Below are positions 30,331-44,789 of a stretch of DNA of 64,000 nt, piece after piece. The stretch's first letter is position 1. The number at the start of each line of letters is the position of its first letter. Under the pieces are notes generated by a model. That model worked only from the letters and a program-made list of their open reading frames with translations, was not told the DNA's origin and made no database searches. The position numbers and the translations under genes were made by a program. The DNA is from Octopus vulgaris. Its lineage: Eukaryota. The stretch is taken from NCBI GenBank assembly GCA_951406725.2, contig OX597830.1, positions 47,988,001 to 48,052,000 on the forward strand. The letters are read 5' to 3'.

Positions 30331-31840
30331 GGCCCTAGTCTGTCTATGAAGATAGCTTCCTCATAGACAGACTAGAACCCCAAATTAACAACCTGCTGCA
30401 TATTTTCAGCCAGCATATAATTCAGCTACGTCGGGATGTGTGTAAGTTCATTTCCGGTAACATGCTCAGGTATTATAAAAAAAACTACACGTACAATACA
30501 TAACTTAGAAGCAGCGCTGCGGATATGCCAACACACCCGAGCTCGAGACAGGGCCACCCTCACGCACTTCTCATGAGGAATTCCAGCAGGGACTTCGTAA
30601 GTCCACTTCAGAGACGATTCCGAAAAATAAATTCAGTAACCGTTGAGAAAAAACGATTACAGCAGTAACTCGATCAATTCCTAGCAAAATCTGAAGAAGG
30701 AATTTTTATATTCCGAAATATTATTATATCAGATTATGAGTAATTAATTTATAACAGTTATGATAGTCCACTCTGCATTGTTCTGCCATTGAAGACACGT
30801 TATATTTCGCACTGTATATATTTGCAGGCCACTAAAATAGTCACACCAGATTGTTCGGTTATAAAATTATGTGACGGAAAAAAGGAGAAGAAAAACAGAG
30901 AAAAAGAAAAAGATGTAAAATATAATAAAAAAACCCAAAGAAAATAAGGGGCAAAAACAGGAAAGAAAATTCACGGCGACTTTGCTCTTCTCAATACGTG
31001 TGACATGTCGGTTAATACAATCTGTTGATTTCCAACATGAATGGTAATCTAGGGATCATTCTTAAAAAATCTTCAGTTCAAGTGCTCCTATAACCACTGG
31101 TATTGTAACCGTCTTGAGATGCCATCTTTGCTCCTACTACTGTGTGGTATTATCATATGTTGTTTAGTTTCCACTTTTGTCTTGTACATAATATCATCAT
31201 AAATATGTGAGGGCTGGAGGTGATAGTAGGAGAAAGAGGAGTAGCTTGCAGGTGGGGTGGATATTTTTTAATTTTCCTTTGCTTTCTTTAGGTTTTTCTG
31301 TGTTTTATAGTTTTCGTAATTGTGCAGTTTGTATACATTGGCAGGTGCTTATCTCCTTAATTTTTTTCATTCGTTTAATTTGTTGCTATAAAAGGAACGT
31401 TTACATAATTGAGTAGTCAGGGTGAAAAGAAGGGTAAAATTTTCATAAAAAATTGTAGATATTAAAGTTTTAAATTTTCTCAAGATGACCGTTTGTATGT
31501 CCGGCCAGAGAAAACTGTAGCGTTCTTGCAATAAAAAGGGTGTTTATATTTTTGAATATTCAAGGAGAAGGAGAGAGATAGTATTCACAGAAGTTGTAAA
31601 TATTTTTAATGATTTTTAAAGATTTTAAAGATGATCGTCTGTGTGTTCGCCCAGAGAAAATTAAAGATATGTAAGTTTCTAGCCTTATGGGGTGGTGGTG
31701 AGATTTTAAAATACTCACAGGAGATTGTAGATGTTCCAATTACCAAAAGTTATATTTCAGTTGTTCTGCCGGGTTGTGTTAGTGTTTCTGTGTCTTCGGC
31801 TACTGACTGGTCAGTGCAGCCGCTGTCAAGGCTAGCACTC

Positions 31841-31971
<131 letters not shown>

Positions 31972-33835
31972 CACCATTATTATTATTGTTATCATTATTA
32001 TTGATTTTGGTATTTTAGAAGGATTGACGAACCTCATCACAAAGGTAAATAGACAATACGAAAAGCATTTCGTCTGGCGTGCTAACGATTCGGCCAGTCC
32101 GCCGCTTTAGCATTGCAGACAACATATTAAAATTAATTCCGATCTATTCTACACGCTTCCCTGAGCTGTTCCAGAAAAAATCATTTTTTCCAACTCCAAT
32201 GCGGACTAATTATATTTGTAAGACATATACCCCGGACTCCTTAACAAGAATCGAAACCTCGGTCTTCACGCTTGTTTATATTGTTCTCGCCATTTGTGTT
32301 TAGAATCCATTCGTTTTACCTATTTAATTTGCCACCATTTTAGATGAGACAGAGTGTAATCTTGTTAATCCATTCCGATCTATTGTCAATGGTCTGACTT
32401 GACTTTAGCACTGCAATAAATTCGAGATACCAAGAGAAAAAATGTTCTCTTTCCTTTGCAACTCCCAAACAGTTAACTATGGCACCTTCTCGCGAGCTTT
32501 GCCCCATTTACCCACCTCAAGTTAGGGTTCACTATTAACAACTGCCATGGTAATAGATTATCCATAAAAACTAACTAAATTTTGTGTTTACTTCCCATTC
32601 GTCGCACTTGCAGAACCGCGTAAGTAAAATCTACAGTAAGTGTGAAATACCTTTCAGCAGTTCTTTGCAGTGCATCCAGAAATATTATCTACGCATTGCA
32701 CAGTCTTTCGCCAACTTGTCACATCTCTACGTGTTACAAACAACTTGCTACATCGTGCCTGTTACGCCTTTCCCGTTACAATTATACCGTTATACATATA
32801 AAGACATGTTTGAAGTACATTTCGAAAGTAGCTAGGATCTTTATAAACGTCTGTCCCTTCATATCTGAGGCCTTGTGTTATTACTAGAAATAACTGATAG
32901 TAAATAAAACTCAACATATATTAAAGAAGTAATGACTTCTTATATAAAATTATCTTATATATAAATAGGTAAGTCGATTGTATTAAGGAGATTAGGATTT
33001 CTTTATTAATATTAAAGAAACCACGAAAGATATTAAGGCCATCAGAAGAATAAGAAACTATTTTTATTCCATTTCAGAACTTTGGAACGATTTCAAACAG
33101 TCAAATACACTGGACAAGATTAACTCTGTGGGATGTGGTATAATATTTATCGACTCTTATTATTTCGTTGACAGTAAGACCCTCTTTTTGTATTTTTTGT
33201 GTTTTTCGTTTCTGTTTCTGGTTTCTCATCTTTAATTCATTGATCTCTAGTTCTTGCCACAAAAAATTAAAAAATAAATAAATATCTCTTTCTTCTACAT
33301 CAAATGAGTATTTCTACTTAGAAACTTAATTCTTAATTAAATATATTAACAGTAAATTAATTATTAATATCCATTCAAAAGAATGTTGTAAAACAACCCA
33401 CAAATACATTTAAAATCTGGCAAATGGATTAATATTAATCTCCGTTGTCATTAAAATTCTCAACACGCTTCCTTACTAATCTGCAAAGAAATACCTCAAT
33501 ACATCTCGCCGGTAATACGAGAACCACTCTCCCTCCGAGACACCCAACAACATACCCCTTCTCATTCTCCCGTCATACATGCTATTTCACCAGCCAGATC
33601 CCACATCAATTATTATCCCCAGTCCTTCCTTTCTAGATTATACAAGACTCTGGAACTCACTCCCTACTCACACTAACCTAAAGATGTCCAAACGGAACAT
33701 GAATAAAATCGATCTATCGAATCAATAGGCCACATCTATTCGTTTCACTTGTACTTTGTCAGACTAGAGCAATAATTTAATTTATGCTCTTATATTTATT
33801 GTGTTTCCTCTTTCCAATTTTTCTTTCTATTGCAG

Positions 33836-34026
33836 AAAAAGAAATTAATGGCCAGACATCTTATTCAACATTTTCCTTCAAACAAAATCCAAATCTCTAC
33901 CTTATAACCGAGGCACAAATGGATGCTCACTCGGTTCTGGATTGTTCCCGTTTATGTATGATATCTTCTACATGTACTGCCTTTTCATATACTAACACTA
34001 AGTGCCTACTAAAGAAACTGATCTGA
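33836..34026 (+). CDS. PAN gene A terminal exon 5a, PAN/Apple domain 3
   Basis: TTGCAG| acceptor, phase 1; SVLDCSRLCMISSTCTAFSYTNTKCLL, TGA at 34024. Exons 1-5a total 753 nt (250 aa). Confidence 0.85.
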
Positions 34027-34601
34027 ACTTTAATTGAATTCACCCCAAAAGTACTTACTTCTCCATGAAATGTGAGCAAGACTTCAACGGATCAGGTTTG
34101 CTAACTTACTTTTGCTTACTTTTTGTGTGCTTTTTTCTTTTTATTGTATCTCATCTTTAATTTATTGATCTTCTGTCTCCAGTTCTTGTCGAAAAAATAA
34201 GAGAAATTAATGTCGCTTTCTTCTTCATCGCATTATTTTTTGTAATTAGAGTCCTAATTCTTAGTTAAATATATTAGCAGTAAATTTATAATTCCTCTCC
34301 TCGAGATACCCAGCCACATGCCCCTTCTCCTTCTCCCGTCATACATGCTATTACACCAGCCAGATCACATCCCGCATCAATTATTAATCCCAGTCCTTCC
34401 TTTCTAGATTATGCAAAACTCAGAAACTTACTCCCTACTCTCACTACCCTAAAGATGTCCAAACGGAACATTAATAAAATCGATCTATCGAATCAATAGT
34501 CCATATCCATTCGTTTCCCTTGTACCTTCCAATGAAGTGAAATAGCTTCATTTATGTTGTTATATTTCTTGTGTTTTCTCTTGCTTTTTTCACTATTGCA
34601 G

Positions 34602-34789
34602 AAAAAGAAATTAATGATTTGACAACTTATTCAACTTTTTCCTTCAAACAAAATCCACATCACAACCTTATTACCGAGGCCCAAATGCATGCTCACTCGG
34701 TTCTGGATTGTTCCCGTTTATGTTTGATATCTTCTACATGTACCGCCTTTTATACTAACACTAAGTGCCTACTAAAGAAACTGATCTGA
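34602..34789 (+). CDS. PAN gene A alternative terminal exon 5b (tandem duplicate)
   Basis: Intact TTGCAG| acceptor, open frame with one in-frame codon deletion, AATAAA at 34901. Confidence 0.7.
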
Positions 34790-35399
34790 ACTTTAATGGA
34801 ATTCACCCAAAAATTACTTCTCCATGAAATGTGAGCAAGTCTTCAACGGATCACGTTTGCTAATAATAATTATATAAGATAAAATGTGTGTTTCTTTGTG
34901 AATAAAATCAATTTAATTCAGTTATTTCTTTTGTTGATTAATTTTAATTGCTAACGTTTTTCGTTCTAAATTAGTCTTATCTTAGAACATGATTGCTAAT
35001 TTGAGTTTTAGCTCTGGTCTCTCGGAAACTATTTTAAGCTGGCTGATCTAAACTGCTTTTATTAAGGATTTTAAAGCGAAATTAAAATAAGAATCTTTTC
35101 TTTTTCTCTTTGGACGAAATTTTGTGTTTCAGCAACTTATTTGCAACTTATTAGTACAGGTTAAACGAAGAATAGGTTAAACCAAAACACGAAATCAATT
35201 ATACGGAAAACGAAATCTAATAGAAATTTGATCGTAAACTCAGAAGCCCCACGATTTCTTTCAGGTTATCGAAAAGTTAAAATAGTTTTTTGCTGTGAAA
35301 AACATAAATTGCAATGCTGACCATACATGTCGTAAAACGTTCCTTTTGTTTTCATTTGTTTAGTTTTAGATTAATATTGGATTCTTTATAGTTTCTTGA

Positions 35400-36845
35400 A
35401 GAGGAGAGGTGGCGGTGGATATTGTGTTTGCAAGTCTTTATGGATTGGTGAGATCGATACGGTTAATGCTTAGTTTGAAGATTTGTGTGTCGACATCTGT
35501 TGGGAAAATTGGATCAGGGATTGCATTTCAGGCGATTAATGTTCTGGAGCAGTGGAGACCCAATCGCTGTGTTGTAGCCCAGTCAGCATTAGATTTAAAA
35601 AAGCACGGGCAAAAATTTTAAATAAATAATAATTTGACTTTTGATTTAATAAATGAAATTTCAAGTCAACTTTTCAACGTGATTGAAAATCACAAATAAA
35701 TAAAACGTTGGCACCGTCTAATATAAGTCATGAAAATACGAACTCCTCGAAAGTGATTCTCTTTTCGTCGTTGTGTCGCAAAACGAAGGAAGATGTCTTT
35801 AAAATTTAGGTTTTCATAACACCATTTATTCATTATACTTCGGCATAAATTGTCCGGTTTATTGTCTACCACGGATCTCGCCTGATAAGAATTTATCCTC
35901 TACAGATTGAGAAAGTATTCATTCATAGACTGCCGTGTGCTTACAGGCAGTGTTACATCTTCTTGTAGCAGTTCGATCAGTCCAATCGAGGAATCTGTTG
36001 AAAGTAAATCGGTCAAATAGATCAAGATGTGTCACTTCCACCCGATGAGTCGCTTTGCAGACCACACCAGGGCGTCTAAATTTAGTTGAAATGTATCTGC
36101 TATGAATTTGAGACAAACAATGTTCAGAAACTGGAGCATTTACGGATTGAGATAAGAGGGGTTTATCATGATATCACCATTTTATGCCGAAAATTGGTGT
36201 CGGAACTCTAAGCAACTCTGGTTCAATATAGGGATGACGGTCTCACGATGAAAATTTATGAAAGTGCTCTATTAATTTTCAGCCGACTTTCAACATTCTC
36301 ACTGACCGATGAGACCCTTCTGCTGTGGAGATTTTCCTCGTAGATTAGGCATTTACTGAGTCAGTGGGTTGATCTTAATAACTTCACTGATGTGTTACTC
36401 AATCGGGGGCTACAAAACTTTCTTTTCGTTTGATATGAAGATGTTTAACTGGATAGCATTGCCGTTGCTGTAGTCACAGCAGTGAAGATTTGTAATATTT
36501 TTGCTAAAGACTTGATTCGTATTAAAACTTGTTTAGAAGAGACGAAAGCGTAAACTTTCATAGACAATCGTAATAGAAGCACGTGTCTTTAATTTGCCTC
36601 TCCCATGACTTGATAACCTCACTGAAATGAGGGAGGATATCCATAATAAAGGAAAGCTCATAATGAACAACATGGCACGGTCCCTGCTGATAGACCGATC
36701 GTGTATAGGTGAAGATTTTCTTCTCTGCTGGTTGTCCTCGTTTTTTTTCCTGTAAGCACTTGTTGTACTGAGGCAGTCTGAATCGATCCATAAACAGTTA
36801 AAGTTGCTTTTGTATGACGAAAAATTCACCGATAGCCTTTACTTT
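35400..36845 (-). mobile_element. Decayed hAT-like (ZMYM1-type) transposase remnant
   Basis: KDTCFYYDCL (TTF-finger-like); linked copies at 57370-57924 and 62840-64000 carry SYDGATVMSGGIAGVQAKL...H..NL, a hAT catalytic-region motif. Confidence 0.6.
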
Positions 36846-36849
36846 TCCT

Positions 36850-38766
36850 CTTCACTACTCGCTGGCAATGTTTAAATTGGGTCAGAAACGATGATGAAGA
36901 TATCGTCACCTATGTCGGAGAGTTTAACAGAGAGTGTGAGAAATTAAAATTGAATGGGTTGACCCCGGACGTGTTCAAGTGTTTAGTTTTTTGTTCAAAG
37001 GTTTTCTACAAACAACGATGCAGATATACGATCCCAGATATTGAAAAGTTAGAAAGCAGAAGTATATCAGAGGTTTATAAATCTACGACACAACGCAGAT
37101 AAACTTGAAGAAAGAGGTTAATCTCATGTTTAAGCGAATCTACCGGTAACAGATAAGAAAACAGAGAAAAGTATATAAAGACCGAAAACATGTTGTGGGT
37201 GATGTGGTCTACGTTTTAAAAGTAACTGTCCGTTTAAAAATATTAAATGTTTCATGTGTGGCCGAATAGGTTATAAAAAATCACACTGTAAAACAAAACG
37301 TCGTAAATGGTTCAACAGAAAAATAACGTCAACCGGTTATCGGTGACAAGACATACGAAAGTGCTCCAAAGGAAATTTTTGTACGTAAAAAGTAATAACA
37401 CAAACGTAAAGTTACACTTGGATACGGACAGCGATATCTCGATAATTAACACAGATACATGATTAAATGAAACTTCAAACATTGCCCGTGGTGTTTCATG
37501 CAAAAAATTATATTTTAAGGGCGAATTTATAAGAGACACTACGTTTCGTTAAAACACCTTAAAAGCCAAAGTTTTTGTGTTAAACAATACGACAAATTTA
37601 ATCGGAACTGACCGGGTGGAATTATTTAGCTTATGGGACCTTCTCACAGATCTTTTCTCCAAGACTGTGAGTGGGTTTTTTCCCTATAGCACAATAAGTC
37701 GTCAGACGAACTGAAAATTATTTTTTCTTAAAATTCAACGGTGGCAAGATGTTTTCTAAACTGGATCTCTCTGACACGTACCTACAAATTAGAGTAGACG
37801 ATGAATGCTCTAAATACAAAACAATTAACACACAGGAAGGACTGTATAAATACAACAGGTTACAATTTGGCTTAAAAGTCGCACCAGCGATATTTCAAGA
37901 GATTTTGGATGCAATATTAGCGGACTGTGAAGTCTTAACTCCATATCTGGATAATATAATTCTTAAAAAAACGAATCCAGGGATCAACACGTAGAACACG
38001 TAAAATATGTACTCCAAAAAATTAGATTATAACGGCCTTATTTGAATGTACCGATTAATACTTAATCCAAATATACCACCGGAAATGTCACCCGCAGAAC
38101 CGATGTTTGCTAGAAAGGTCACATCCGTCTTTGATAAGTTGATACCGAGTGAAAATTAAAAACAAAAGCGAACAACAAAATTACTTCAAAATTATTCTAC
38201 TTAGGTGACAAAGATTTACTTAAAACCTATAGATATGGTAAAAAAAAAACTGGGAAGACGGTGTAATGATTAAACAAATTGGAAAAATGTTATTTCTGGT
38301 AAAAGGAAAAAATTTCGAACATAAAAAATATATTAACCAACTTCAAGAAAGATTCACGGAAAAACTGTCACGAGAAAAGGAATCTCCATTTGAGTTTTGT
38401 ACGACACATTTGAGGTACCAGCAGCCAAACAATTTGAAACTACACGTTCTAGCATCAGAAGACGAAAAAGAACGGAAACATTGAACTTGAATCCTAAGCG
38501 TAAAAGATACTAAAAACTCTGATCGGAGAGAAGTGAAGGAGACTAATTCTTAAAAGGGGAGATGTTATGGAAAGATTCTGACCACCAACCAAGTGACTGA
38601 ATGTGGACTGACTCATTGTTATAAAATAAAGAAGTGTGAGCGATTGGCAGCTCAAGTTGGTAAGCAGTTCACTGTGAACCGTGATTGAGAGCGTTGAGTC
38701 TCAGGTTATAGTAGGGAGAAGTTGTTAAATTATATATCGAATACAAGGACATAAAATAATATTACA
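36850..38766 (+). mobile_element. Decayed Gypsy LTR retrotransposon with 3' LTR
   Basis: gag (LTPDVFKCL, Cys knuckles), protease-like LDTDSDISII, RT FSKLDLSDTYLQI...RLQFGLKVAPAIFQ...YLDNII, polypurine tract AAAAGGGGAGA 38552-38562, LTR TGTTAT...ATTACA 38563-38766. Confidence 0.88.
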
Positions 38767-39600
38767 TGCAGAGGACTCGTTGCAAATAGATCAGATTGTT
38801 TGCAGCAGCGAAGTTTCTGTCGTAGAAACTGAGCATCTGTTTCATGTGATTATAAAAGAACATGCATGAAGCATGGACCTGAGAGTGAAAGACACCTGAG
38901 AGAATGTTTGCATGGTGAACGGACACTGTCAAAGAAGATTCCTAGCGAATTTCTTGAAGAAACATGAGCAAATGACAATGGTTATCCATGCTACAGGTGA
39001 CGCCAAGGTGGGACAATACAAGTTAATAAAGTTAATAATAGGTGTGTAGTCCTCAATAGAAAGGACCAATGTCGCACTTTCAAAGCGCATGTAAATATGC
39101 AAATAGGTCCGACTACCAAGTCAATGAAATACATATTCAAGTAACTCTATAAAGGCTACAAAAACATTAAATTTAATATAAGTAAAAGGAAGATGGACGT
39201 TGAAGTTGTACATGGTTAAAATATATAACAGATCCCATACTGTAATACTCGCTGCCAGTGCAACAGCAAGAATCTGTCTTTTACAGAGAAAGTAATGAGA
39301 AAGAAGCGTTAGAGAGAGAGAAGAGCTGCCCGTCGTAACACGCCTCTACCAACATGGTTTGTCCTTAGTAAATACAAGACGCCGGTTGCATATTGGTATT
39401 CCTTATCATTATGTGTGTGACAAAGGAATGACTGTTTGGAAACGACACGAGAGATGAGAAGAGAGAATTATTTCAAGACTTTAGTTTCCAAGTCCAAAGC
39501 AAGAAGAAATATTTTATCTGAGATTGTTATTGTTACCTGTTGAAGGAACTCGCATTTTTTGACGATCTTAAAACAGCTGATGTTGTACGATAGAAGTTGG
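38767..39600 (+). mobile_element. Helitron Rep-domain remnant
   Basis: Fragments MKHGP, CMVNGHC...EFLEET.ANDNGYPCYR, FKAHVN, KSMKYIFK.LYKG, FYLRLLLLPVEG..FDDLKT match Helitron Rep motifs. Confidence 0.8.
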
Positions 39601-40134
39601 CATGAAATAACTGTCATTATTTTAATAACGCAAGTGGAAATATACTTTATAAATGAGTGCGACCCTTTAGTTTCAACTCACAGCGGGAAATGTCACATTT
39701 AAGAATTATTGGAATTTTTCAAAAAAATGAAAAACGGCAATGTCTTTAGATACGAAATTTATCAATGGTTGCTTTAATTGTTTTTGATAAAGTTGTTGGT
39801 ACACATGCAAAAGCACACACGCATACACACACGTACATGCACATACATATACACAGACCGGCAAGCACACGCACATACACACATATATATATATTTATAT
39901 GTATCATCTGGTGATCTTATGCCCTCTCAATCGTTAAGTCAATACCTTTTCACCCGGAGTATCTTTATAAAGTGTATTGAATTGATACAAACACTTCACT
40001 TGTGGAATACAATACCAGCTAATAGTGATAAATCGATACGATGATCATATAATGATTATCCTTCATTAAGAAGATAAATTCAAACAAGTAACATCTCGCT
40101 CTTCACAGCCATTTCTACCTAGAAAACAGACAGG

Positions 40135-40165
40135 ATGTTGAGGAGGAATTATCTTCAAATTATTT
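40135..40165 (+). CDS. PAN gene B exon 1 (MLRRNYLQII)
   Basis: ATG 40135, donor T|GTAAGT at 40166, phase 1; yields MLRRNYLQIIFLFYISLTFG-NG, a plausible signal peptide. Confidence 0.72.
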
Positions 40166-40329
40166 GTAAGTAAATGTTTTATTGTATAATTAATATGCTT
40201 TTAATTATTTAAGAATTTAGCCATCACGACTGATACCCCACAATAACACATTTTGTATATATATGTATATATATATATATATATTAATATATATATACAT
40301 ATATATATATATATAAATATATAAATACC

Positions 40330-40418
<89 letters not shown>

Positions 40419-40598
40419 TTCAGCAAAAATTTAGATTCACATGAATATGGTACTTAAGTTGAGGGACCAGAATTTAGTACGGTATTATCCATACAATTTC
40501 AAATTAAGGTGATTAAAATCAAAATAAGCAACAAGAATTATCAGAAGTAATGCAATTTCCTTCTCTCTCTCTCTATTGTGGTAAAACTTTGGTATATA

Positions 40599-41095
40599 AC
40601 GTAAATCCTCGAGTATAATCCGCATTTTTTCCTAAAATCTAAAGGTCAAAATACCTAGTGCGTACTATATACGAGGTTAAAAATAAAAATTATTTTCTAA
40701 GCTATGTCCGAGTTTCTATTTTCTCTCTGGCTATGTTTAATCAGACGCATTTTGTGATTTCGGGCGTGATAATACCTTAAACCTGAAAGCAATGAAGTCA
40801 TAAAAGAATCATCCATAAATTACAGTAAGCAACATTTATTACTGTTATTTCTTTATTTTCTACAAACAAAATGCACAAAAATACTACACGTTCGCACTAT
40901 GTTATATATACAATAATAATAAAGGACGTTACCATATACATTTTTACAAACCAAGGACGTTATATAGACCTCCTTGACTCAAGTTAGAGAAGGAGTGCAT
41001 ATTATACACAAGGTTTAGGTTTTTCAGAGGTACAGCCCCCCCACAAATCCCCTGCGTGTTATACTCAAAGTCGGACTATACTCGAGGATTTACGG
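40599..41095. mobile_element. ~500-bp MITE (Tc1/mariner-pogo type)
   Basis: Terminal inverted repeats (A/C)CGTAAATCCTCGAGTATA(A/G)TCCG, flanked by TA on both sides, no ORF. Confidence 0.85.
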
Positions 41096-42144
41096 TACTC
41101 CAAATATTCAAAGAAGTTTTATCCTTATGTTAAAATTTCATTCTTAATAATCTTCTTGATTAACCAAAATTTTAACTTTATAAAATAAGACAATATTGTT
41201 TGAAATGATCTTTAGAAATTACAACTAAGAAACTATAAATATCATGAAGGAAGTAACACTATGAACTTCTGAAATCTATGATATAAACTTAATTAAAAAA
41301 GAAAACATTAGTGTAAAATATAATTGTTCCATAACTTAAATTTTTTTAGCTGATACCAGATATTTGTCTTTTATTGATATTAGCTAAATAAGTAAATATA
41401 TAATTTTTAGCCTAATATAATTTGAATTATTATGTTTTTTCTAAAAATCTTTTCTATTGGTGTTAATAAGCTACATATACTTTACCATAGTATTGGTAAT
41501 TAAGTTATTTTATTCTATTTTCTATGGTGTTCTGCCCTACCTGATCATTTTATTGTATTTCTTTATTATTTTATAATTAGCCTTTATTTATAAAATTAAT
41601 TCTAATTTTTGTATCTCTATAAATTCATACTATACTGGTATATTCACTACTTATAATAAAAACCTGCTTAGATTATAATTTTCTTAATATATAATTAACA
41701 TGTTCCTTTGCCTCAATACTCCTTTATTAATACCAGTTTATACCAATTAATCAATATTTTATTCACCACTGAGTATCACAAGGAACGATTGTCATGTCAC
41801 TATATCTTAATAATGTTACATGCAGACGACCCGTTGACACAACAAGATTTCTCAAAGCAGAGAAACGTTTGCGTAACCAAATTCCTGCCAAAATGAAAGA
41901 CTGCGGTGCGTGGAAAGAATTGTAGGGTTTACCAATAAATGTGCCTTCGTATTCCTTCTTGTTACTCCAACTTATGCAATTATACATGTATGTATGTATA
42001 TATGTATGTGTGTTTTTATATGTATGCACATATATATACACATGAGTATACATATATATTAAAATGAATATACATATATGTATGTATACATACATTCATA
42101 CATACACACATACACACATACATACATACATGCATACATACATG

Positions 42145-42312
<168 letters not shown>

Positions 42313-42733
42313 AAATGGGTGAATATTAACATGACCTAAACCTTCTGAACTAGGCCTATCCCTTGTCCAGTGAGATCAAAATTAATCAGGGATCGTTGGT
42401 TGTCACTAGACTCCACGACAATCACCCTCAGTGTTCGCTGATTGTCACTCATTTCCACGACACTCCCGTTCTTGAGATATTGGCTATTTTTATGCCATCT
42501 CTATTACTTAAATCCAACAAGACTATTTTGAATCGTTGTGTAAAAATCTGCTAGTTTCGTATGGAAGAATTAGTTAATATAAATTTTATGTCGTAACTCT
42601 CTACGACAATTTTCTTTGACTTCTAAATGTACTGTAAATATTAAATGTATTTAAATAAACTAATTTAGTAAATAATTTCTCTTTCTTCATTTTCTTCAAC
42701 CTGTTAATGAGATTTATTTCTGTATCCATGAAA

Positions 42734-42985
42734 CTGTTATTATAGCGGTGACCTTTCAACATGTACGTTTCAGCGTCTTGGTGTATAATTCATCACGGTG
42801 TTTACGCAGCCTGAGTTAAGATTTATGTATAGTGATAACACTTATAGTTAAGTTATAAGTGACCGGTTTATCACTATAGATTTCTACTCAATAAACATCT
42901 ATATTTATTATCTTTTCCAAGTCAAAAACATTCTACACCAGATAATCCAACACAACCTTATATATTGGTGACAAGCCGACGTGGA
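42734..42985 (+). mobile_element. Possible LTR remnant with primer-binding site
   Basis: Starts TGTTAT, contains AATAAA, followed by TGGTGACAAG (Gypsy-type PBS-like). Confidence 0.45.
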
Positions 42986-43491
42986 CTTAGAAAAGTCTAC
43001 TCAGGACAATAATCACTCTATAAATAAGATAGAATCAACCCGTTATAAAAGTGGTGAGTCGCCTTTATAAAAAGTGGTTAATTCTACAAACAAGTTATAC
43101 GTAATACTTTCACTAAAGTCTCTGAAGTGTCTAGAATGTTCTCTTCCAAGAAATACTGATGCTTCTGATCTCGTTTGAAACAAATAACATTTCTTTTTCT
43201 TTCTTCCTCTTTTTCTATTTTTGCTCCTCTCTCTTTTTATCTCACCCCCACTCCTCCTATCCCTCTCTCTTCTGTTCCCTCTCTTTCTCTCCCTCTCCGA
43301 TTTGTTGCTCTCCCTCATTATTTCAATGGATAATTTCATGGTGATGTAGTGGTGGTCATCGCCGTATTTGTTACTGAATTATGCTTGTAGCACTTCTCTT
43401 TCTTATTCCTTTCATCTTCATTCTTTGTAAATTAATGTTAAACGTGAATATGAAATATGAAATTTTTCTCCAAAATAAATTTTCATTGCAG

Positions 43492-43527
43492 TTCTCTTCT
43501 ACATCTCACTGACATTTGGAAATGGAC
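43492..43527 (+). CDS. PAN gene B exon 2 (36-bp microexon)
   Basis: TTGCAG|...|GTAAGT, identical to 12592-12627. Confidence 0.8.
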
Positions 43528-44102
43528 GTAAGTAAAATTATATCAATATATAGACATATATCTATGAAAATTATGAAAATTACTATTCAAAAATTTTATT
43601 TATAAGTTCAGTGGAGGAAAATATTTTCCTCCTCAAAATAAATTAGTTGGAAAGAAAATTTTAAATTCTGCGTTCAATATAAAACACCCGTATGATGCCG
43701 AATTTGCTTCTTAACATAATTTCCATTGGTGATAATTCAGTTTTACGTCAGTTTGTAAGCATTTTGTTAAATAAAACAAAGTGCTGGTATTAGGGGACAT
43801 TCTTTACAACAGACAACTGTTAAACATTATAGTATATAACTTGTGAATCATTTAAATAATAGAATTAATTAAACAACTTTAAAGACTCATTCGCAGTAAT
43901 TTTCATTAAACAGATTATATATCCCAAGATGCTTTGTACCTACAATATGGTAGTAACAACTTTATTCACTTCTTCCTGGTAAAAGTATCAATGTTGATCC
44001 TCAAACATTTAATATTCTCTATCTTTATTATTATCTATTTTCACAATGTTTTTATTTTCGCCTTCGTATTTTGGTTGTTTAATTTGCCTGGCTTTGTTAC
44101 AG

Positions 44103-44360
44103 TTGAATATCTGAAGTATTTTATGAAAGTACCAAACTGTGCTCCGAAAGACGGTAAAACATTGATGACACTTGACGTGGATGCCTTTCACTGTTCGAAG
44201 AGTTGTTTTGAAACTTTTGCATGTAAATCCTTCGTGAGCAGAACGGTAAGTCCAAGCTGTATTTTATACGAAGAAGACTCAACAGAGAGGATGCTAATAA
44301 AAGAATATAATACCCATTTTTATCAGTTGAGAAGATCTGAGCCCACCAAATATAGAGACG
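44103..44360 (+). CDS. PAN gene B exon 3, PAN/Apple domain 1
   Basis: 258 bp, phase 1-1, 11 aa differences from gene A, all Cys retained. Confidence 0.88.
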
Positions 44361-44599
44361 GTAAACAAATTTGAATATTTTTGTGTTTATTTCATTCCTT
44401 GACTTGTATTCTATGTTTTAGTCCAAAGAGAGACAATACTGTCGGCATCTGAAAAGTCTCTATGGTTTCTCTGGTCAATACATTTTTAGTTTTACCCTCC
44501 CAAAATACCTTCCTGTGAATATATATTTAAGGAAAAAAACTTTTATATAGTTTCAAAATTATGAAATCCTGAGCCTTGATATGAAAAACAACAACAAAA

Positions 44600-44705
<106 letters not shown>

Positions 44706-44729
44706 ATAATAATAATAATAATAATAATG

Positions 44730-44788
<59 letters not shown>

Positions 44789-44789
<1 letters not shown>

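Noticed and set aside
33784-33835. Apparent signal peptide MLLYLLCFLF making exon 5 a standalone small secreted protein (also 56125)
   Set aside because: It is the translated polypyrimidine tract before the acceptor, and its length differs between copies. Not strictly excluded without 5' RACE.
41100-41770. Very AT-rich stretch, possible mitochondrial insertion
   Set aside because: No mitochondrial gene motif recognised; needs BLAST.
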